Shown here: positions 63,510 to 64,000 of the stretch, in pieces
How positions within the stretch are numbered: position 1 is the stretch's first letter
Layout of the letters: every line of letters begins with the position of its first letter
The notes under the pieces: model-generated
The model's input: only the letters and a program-made list of their open reading frames with translations
Told to the model about the DNA's origin: nothing
Database searches by the model: none
Origin: an uncultured Chlamydiae bacterium
GTDB lineage: Bacteria; Chlamydiota; Chlamydiia; Chlamydiales; Parachlamydiaceae
DNA: 64,000 nucleotides
Direction of reading: 5' to 3'
Assembly: GCA_963754655.1 (NCBI GenBank)
Contig: CAVWGN010000001.1
Span: 928,001-992,000 of the forward strand
Position numbers and translations under genes: made by a program

Positions 63510-64000
63510 ATGAAACTTCTATATACAACATTGCTTTGTTTTTTAGTTATCGGTTGCTTTGGCGATATATTTGCTTCGGAAGCCAAAATGGATTACTGGA
63601 ATATTCAGCGTAAGGGGGCTAATTTTTTTAACCAAAATCCCTCTCTTGCCTGGTTTGAAGCTGCTAAGCAGGTTGGAATAGAATTTGCTCGGTTAGCTCC
63701 AGACAAATGGAAATGCGAGCAACGGGATTTTTTAATAGGGAACGCTGATGAATTCGCAGAAATTTCCTTTAAAGACTACCAAATTTTAAAAGAGACATTG
63801 GATAATGCATACAATCACAACATTAAAATTGTGCTTACCCTGCTGTCATTACCAGGTTCTCGATGGAGACAAAATAACTATGGAAAAGATGATCTGCGCA
63901 TATGGCAACATGAAAAATATCAAAAGCAAGCAATCAAGTTTTGGAAAAATTTAGCCGAGCTATTAAAGGAACATCCCGCAATAGTGGGTTATAACATTTT
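63510..64000 (+). CDS. Glycoside hydrolase family 5-like protein (runs off window end)
   Basis: Hand translation: signal peptide, RKGANFFN, LD.A....IKIVL, FWK.LA..LK.HPAIVGYNI(LNEP expected next). Confidence 0.78.
   Translation, partial: MKLLYTTLLCFLVIGCFGDIFASEAKMDYWNIQRKGANFFNQNPSLAWFEAAKQVGIEFARLAPDKWKCEQRDFLIGNADEFAEISFKDYQILKETLDNAYNHNIKIVLTLLSLPGSRWRQNNYGKDDLRIWQHEKYQKQAIKFWKNLAELLKEHPAIVGYNI

Overview
AT-rich bacterial chromosome segment; the gene content (very long LepB, chlamydial-type hypotheticals) suggests an environmental Chlamydiae (Parachlamydiaceae-like) genome, which is an inference. About 1-13.3 kb is core-like: ileS, orphan Phd/YefM antitoxin, CAP protein, lepB, pncB-pncA, S10 peptidase, tRNA(CAT). 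From the tRNA onward is a ~50 kb decaying accessory region. It opens with a 16.7 kb island bounded by a 51-bp repeat of the tRNA 3' end. The region holds dense arrays of GNAT, APH/kinase, NUDIX, SDR, GrpB, ANT and methyltransferase genes (many pseudogenised), three IS607 elements (two with intact-looking TnpB), IS630, IS5, an IS1634 remnant, Fic/TA modules and phage terminase remnants. Two things absent from the ORF track stand out. (1) Two ribosome-mediated attenuators lie in tandem in front of a brnQ-ATP-grasp unit, with Ile-rich and Ile/Val-rich leader peptides, each with its own antiterminator and terminator. (2) A set of nested 'Russian-doll' palindromic non-autonomous elements carries a three-hairpin REP-like core inside interchangeable IS-type terminal-inverted-repeat shells.
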